DNA of 64,000 bases from Eledone cirrhosa (taxonomy: Eukaryota), in assembly GCA_964016885.1 (NCBI GenBank), contig OZ024740.1, positions 282,472,001 through 282,536,000 on the forward strand, given 5' to 3'. Below the pieces are notes generated by a model. It saw only the letters and a program-made list of their open reading frames with translations. It was not told where the DNA came from and ran no database searches. Positions within the stretch are counted from its first letter, which is position 1, and each line of letters starts with the position of its first letter. Below are positions 57,566-64,000 of the stretch, in pieces. The position numbers and the translations under genes were made by a program.

Positions 57566-58655
57566 CACCCCACTTGCCGATTTTGCAATGGGTAACCCCT
57601 GCTTGCCAAGGAAGACGTAAGATCTTCTTTGTATTCTTTTATCGCTTCCTTTATTTCCTTCCCCCCTCTCTCCTTTGTCCTTCTACCCCAGCTCTTCTCC
57701 TTTGTCGGCGTCTTTTCTCGCCCACCCGAGGCTGCCCTTTGGCCCCATGTAGCCTTAGTACCCCCACCACCCCCTCCCCTAGTCTATGATAGATTTGGCG
57801 GACTCCGCCCTTTATAGCAGTTGGCTTAGACCCCGGATACTTGCCCCCTTTTTCCGACCGCTCCCACTATTCTCTGTGCCCTCTATATTTCTTAGTGGCA
57901 CTTATGCCTTATTTTTTCGTTTCAGTATTTCTTGCTTCGCTTTTCTTCTGGGCGGGGTGGATTCTGAATTTATTTTTCCGTATTCTACCTTTATTTCGTA
58001 CGAACTTTCATGTAGCTTGTTTTAGATCTTTTAGAGTTAGCATTAGTATATATTTTTCTCGGGACTCAGAATTATTATCTCGTACAAGTTCACTTTGCTG
58101 CACTGGGTCGTTGCTGGCCCGGGATGGAAACCTTTATTGTTTATTTCGTGGTAGTCTCTTTAGTATTTTGGCCCCTTTTGTTGACCCGTCACCGTATCAT
58201 TTACGTACTTATACCTCCTAAAAGGGTCCTTGCCTAATCCGTCCCACCTAGTTCTTTTACTTATTTCCTTATTTATTTATTTATTTATTTATTTACTTCT
58301 TTCTTTCTTTATTTTATTCTCGCCTAACAATAGCCTGACACCTAGGTCGTAGAATTTAATTTACTTTACTTTTTTCTTTACACTTATTTGCTTTTCTTCA
58401 CTCTCAGTATTTTTTCTTTCCTATTTCTACCCCCATTGTTCTACCTAACGTTCCGACTTCCTCCCCCTCCCCCTCCCCTGTATCTTCTTTGACCTCATGC
58501 CCAGCTGTAGCTGGCACTACCAACGCTTGATTGGGTCTACTCCACCCCCTCCCCTCTTTCTCCTACTGGCAGGTTTAGCCACCATCTCCCCTACTAATTT
58601 GCAACCACAGAATTACTACTGATTTTTGACAATCACTTTGACCATATATGGAATT

Positions 58656-58749
58656 ACCCCTTGAGAAGATCGGCTATTTAAATACCAGGATAAATTTTCA
58701 TTTAGTCCAGAATTAGCCGTCGAAACGGCTTGAGCTCAGCTGTCGGGGT
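58656..58749 (+). ncRNA. Type I hammerhead ribozyme in the pLTR, U3-A8 core (family A); identical inverted copy at 55811-55904
   Basis: ACCCC-UUGAGAA-GA(U)CGGCUA...UAGCCGUC-GAAAC-GGCU.ugagcuc.AGCU-GUC-GGGGU; predicted cleavage after C58744. Confidence 0.8.
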
Positions 58750-58784
58750 CTTACTGGTTCCTATATATATATATATATATATAT

Positions 58785-59431
58785 ATAAATGTAAGTATAT
58801 ATGTACACGTACATACATATATGTATACAGACGTACAGTATCACGTATATATATATATATATATATATACATACATACAGGTACACATATATGCATGTAC
58901 GTATCAGTTTAGCGGACGTTTATTATAACGCTCGCTTTGTCCATTTGTAAACAAACGGACAGCCTGATTTATGCCGTACGATGTTAAGGCAACCACGTCA
59001 CCTTTTTGCTCAACACTGACACAGGAACGATGTACTAGTTTCAAGCTTCTTAGCTATCGTCAGCACCGTATACCCTTCTGCCAGATGGTTGAACGTTCGA
59101 AAGTATATACTTTCCTTATGAAAATTAACGGCTGAGCAGCCTAATTTGCATATCGATTGAGTTCAGTCGACCAGGCGCACCGAAAACGATAAGTTGGAAT
59201 AGAATGAAACGAAATTTCATTTCTCACTCTTAGTACGACACTTACTTAAATGTAAGTATGTATGTATACTTACATGCATATATGTATACAGACGTACAGT
59301 AGCACGTATATATATATATATACGTGCTACTGTACGTCTGTATACATATATGTATGTACGTATACATACTTACATTTAAGTAAGTGTCGTACTAAGAGTG
59401 AGAAATGAAATTTCGTTTCATTCTATTCCAA

Positions 59432-59433
<2 letters not shown>
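58785..59433 (-). mobile_element. Family F HHR repeat (just over one unit) with fold-back end centred ~59315
   Basis: HHR 59027-59069 (-): ACGGUG-CUGACGA-uAGCU.aaga.AGCUu-GAAAC-UA-GUA-CAUCGU. Confidence 0.85.
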
Positions 59434-59492
<59 letters not shown>

Positions 59493-59938
59493 AAGGTTTT
59501 TGATATTTTGGTGTTTCCCCGCATCCGAGACTGTATATCATACAGATGTATGAGAATAAATGACTTAATAATTCAGCCTATATAATAAGATCGATTGCCT
59601 GCTGCAACTGCCTGACCCTGCAAATATCATTCTGGCGCACTCTAATCATGTATAGATAAGACACGCGTGCATGCTACACGGGAGATTGTTTCATACACTG
59701 ACTACTCTAAGCTTTCCTCTTGCTTTATCTTCATAGACTGCCAACGCTTCATGTTTATCTTTATTTTCACTCTTATTTTCACTCTTGTTTTTATTTTATT
59801 TTATTTTTATCCTGTAACCTTTATATGTAAATTGCCATGCTATATCATTTGCTGAATGTCACCCCACTGTTGATCAATATGCGCATATGTTTTATGTGTC
59901 TCTTGGGTTGAAAAGGAGGTCAAGTATGTTATAAATAG

Positions 59939-59987
59939 TTGCTCCGAAGAATCCAAACCTCGGTTTGGAGGAAACAATTGTAAGCAA
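59939..59987 (+). ncRNA. Type I hammerhead fold, C4 variant with A.G-closed helix II
   Basis: UUGCU-CCGAAGA-a[UCCAAACC.uc.GGUUUGGA]g-GAAAC-AAUU-GUA-AGCAA, then AATAAA. Confidence 0.75.
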
Positions 59988-60035
59988 ATAAATGACTTAA
60001 ACTGAACTTTGATTACTGTAATCTCTCTCTCTCTC

Positions 60036-60142
<107 letters not shown>

Positions 60143-60625
60143 TATCCTTTTCGAGCCCTCTTCGGATTTCAGTCTTCACGTTTATTATTATTACTATTAT
60201 ATATATATATATATTATATACATATATATATGATAGACTCTCCCGATGTTGAACTACCCACACAAAGTTTGTGGTCTTAAGTGGTGAAAGATTGTGTAGG
60301 ATCAACCATACCTTTTGGAACTGACGACACATATCTTCGTTGCAAATGTCTGCTTCGGAAAATACAACGACCGCCCTCAGCTTTTATGCCTCGGAGTTTA
60401 ACCTCTTCGTATAAAAAAAAATACTATACTATTTGGATGGCCGTTGACTCTGCTGAGTTTCTCCGCCCTTTGTCGGGTCTTGTATCTCATCCCACAGTGT
60501 GTCCAAATATCACCCTCCTCACAAAGCAAGCTTTGTGGGGTTGCTGGTTTAGTCGCCGACGGCCCGACCATGAGATAGGTTGTACTGGGTTACGTGTTAC
60601 CAGTAGCTCTCTTGAGCGCGACCTG

Positions 60626-60698
<73 letters not shown>

Positions 60699-61679
60699 GT
60701 ATATAGGGAGAGAAGAAAAGAGTGATAGAGCATATATCTTGACATGAAGAAATAAGAATAGAATGACTGGGGAAAAGTTGAAGAATATAAAATAAAGCAT
60801 TATAGCGCCGGAATATCATCAGCTTCCTTCTAGTCAAGTGATTTCACGGGTGGGGGGAAGTATCACGTATTTAAGGTGGCTTGCACAACAGAATCAAAAT
60901 TTCTGTTAGTGTGATACTGTAAATAGAAAAAAAAAACCAAACAACAAAGAACCAAGAAACACGTTAGTCCTGGGCTGCGACAGACCAGAAAAAGAGGCAG
61001 TCTCCTATTTTGAAGAACGCAGCTGCAGCAGCAAGCGAAAATACAGTGGAAGTAGCAGCAGCGGTTGTGGAGTGTAGAAGAAGGGCAAGAGAGAAAGACA
61101 AAGATAGTTAAAGATATAAAGAGTTAAAGAGTAATCTTCCCTGGCACTGTTTTCCGTTCATATTCGAGGCTGAGTATATGTAAACATGATATGTAATGAT
61201 TTGGAGCTACGAATGTGTATAAATTTCGTAAAATTGTAGGAATCTCAAACACGGAAATAGCTGTTAAACAGCCAGCTGCTCTGTGTACGTATGTGTATAT
61301 ATGTTTGTTTCAGGTATGCGTGTGGGTTGAAATAAGCAACCAACTAACTATGGTGTCATCAAACATAAGTACTCCATGTCATAGCTATCCGTTGGTAATT
61401 ATGTATATGGTATCAGACGGAGGATCAATATTAACATGTCTGAAGACACTTTTACATATTCCACTTAGGTTCATTGTTTTGCATCAAATAAATGAACAAC
61501 AGCGGGGATATAAAAAAAAAGACGCAAACATTGTTTACATTTTCAGCACTTTTCTGACGACAATGCATTAAATAACTATTACATAAGGTCATGCTAATAC
61601 ATTTGAAATGTACATAATTGGTGTGATATAAGACAATAAATTGAAGTGGAATATGTAAAAACCGTATCTCTTGTTACAC

Positions 61680-61711
<32 letters not shown>

Positions 61712-61800
61712 ACTATATATATGTATAAACACAGACACGTGGGCACACACATACACACACACACGCACGCGCGGGCACACACATACACACTCATACACAC

Positions 61801-62107
<307 letters not shown>

Positions 62108-62167
62108 TATATATATATATAAAAGAAAATTTCGCTTCGAGCATAGCTTTATAAAAACTTCCATACG

Positions 62168-62224
<57 letters not shown>

Positions 62225-62305
62225 ATGTCTACATACTTACATATACATGTGCATACTTACATTTACGTATCAGACGTGCTAGGGTGAAAAATAGAATTCT
62301 AATAT

Positions 62306-62365
<60 letters not shown>

Positions 62366-62378
62366 AACACACACATAG

Positions 62379-62432
<54 letters not shown>

Positions 62433-64000
62433 CTTACTTGCGTACTATCATGAGTATAGTCCTCTTCTGGTCTGATTGGTACAATAATTCAATGTATTCG
62501 AACAACATGTTTTCTTACAAAGGTAGTGAAATACAGGTTTAAAGATGAAGGATAAGTCATGCATAAAAAAACCCAACACGTCTCAAATTACACAACTCTC
62601 ACCAAGGTTTACATAAAATATATTGTAGGACAAGTATTATACAGATGTTTGTGCTTTTCAAGTTAAATTGAGTAATTACTGTGTTGTAGAGAATGATGTT
62701 ATACATAATATCATATTCATAAAAATTAATGGCGTAATGCATGCGTGGTAAAGAGTAGTTTTATACATTTGTTCGAGAATTAATGTTCCTCTTAGTGTTA
62801 ACATGCAGCATGAAAGGAGACATTTTGCCGATGAAAATTCGGACAATAAATAAATATACCTCGTTATCATCTAGTGAAACAGAAATAAGTGCGAAAAAAT
62901 TTATATTTCATTCAGCTTATATAGAATGTTGTTATTTAAGGTAATTGAAAATATGAGTGGGCAAACGGTCGATTCTGTTCTGTTTGCTATTTTACCTATG
63001 TCTCAATTAGAAAGAGAGCAGGTCTAAACAGCTCACTTATTTTTGCCTAGTGAAGAATAAAGATTCTTTAGATTTATTTAATAAAATCTCGGAAATCCCA
63101 AAACGTCTCTATTACAAGAAGAGTTGCCACAGTTTTCTCATCAGGAATACAATGTTTAATATACTCCAAAATATTCCCCAAATGTGGTGTATTTACTGAA
63201 ACAATTAAAATAATTATTATGCGATTATTGTCTTTTTCTCACCACATAATTACTTTGAATTAGATTTTTCATGCGAACTTCCCTGACGTAAGTAATGCTT
63301 ATCATGCGGAAGACATTTATGAGTAATTAACAACAGTTTTTATTTTAACTTTTAAATTGCTATGACTGTCTTGTGGCAACAGTAACCGATGCTGCTATTA
63401 CTGCTGCTGCTGCATTTTTGTTTTGTTGTTTCTGCTACAAAATTGTTTTCGTACTTGGGCATAAGGCCAGGACTTTATTATATAGAAAAACAACTATGTG
63501 TAATTGCCACAACTTTCAAAAACAAATAGCAGCGGGACATCTTTTAAAGTTATGTAAGAGTTTTTACCAGCTTTTACTTAAAGCTTATTTGCAAAGATTT
63601 GTGGTTTTGTACGAGAAAGTATAGCAAAGTCATGATTATCGCTGTTATGTTTACCCTCAAGTCTTCCCCACTCTAGCATATCAACGTAAATCTAGCTGTG
63701 AGAATTCCGCCCATTTTCAGAGTGTGTACATCTATATTATTTAATATTTTATTGTCTTACTTAAGAAAATAGGCAGTGATTTGAAAGGGGTTAGCGCATA
63801 TGCTTGGTAATGTGTATGCTTCCTGCTTGCTAGATGCTGGATTGTATAATTTTGTTTGCAGATTTTGTTGCTAATGTTGCATCAGTTTTGCTGCATTGAT
63901 ATTATTGTATTTGTTAGCACATCGAACAAAATGCATTAAGGTATTTAATTTCGAACATTTAGGCTCTGTATTTATGTCTCACCGAGATAACGTTGCTGTT

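Larger units (their letters stand above)
55718..58763 (+). mobile_element. Penelope-like retroelement (Hydra-clade-like), 5'-truncated, with inverted pseudo-LTRs, between (TA)n tracts
   Basis: ~350 bp inverted repeat 55797-56150 vs 58409-58763; RT plus GIY-YIG coding region inside. Confidence 0.9.

Overview
AT-rich, repeat-saturated metazoan intergenic or intronic DNA. It is most likely octopus/coleoid cephalopod, inferred from the tRNA-derived SINE families and the long (TA)n/(CA)n tracts. I can support no host protein-coding gene; nearly all ORFs in the track are microsatellite artefacts. Recognisable mobile DNA: decayed RTE, Tx1/L1 and CRE-type LINE pieces, mariner fragments, a Chapaev3-type transposon nested in a Tx1 RT, non-autonomous Helitrons, hAT/pogo/piggyBac-type MITEs, many SINEs, and a 5'-truncated Penelope-like retroelement (RT plus C-terminal GIY-YIG, Hydra-clade-like, 55718-58763) with inverted pseudo-LTRs. 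The main hidden signal is that many short non-coding islands between (TA)n tracts carry type I hammerhead ribozyme (HHR) folds. By eye I find more than 25 copies, from intact to partial or degenerate, in about a dozen sequence families. Several families are 320-520 nt tandem, circularly permuted, ORF-less monomers (retrozyme-like), usually in fold-back arrangement. Many use recurrent non-canonical cores: U3-A8 instead of C3-G8, C4 with an A.G-closed helix II, a U.U-closed helix II, or an extra nucleotide after A9. Compensatory base changes occur between copies. All folds were derived by hand and no activity has been tested.
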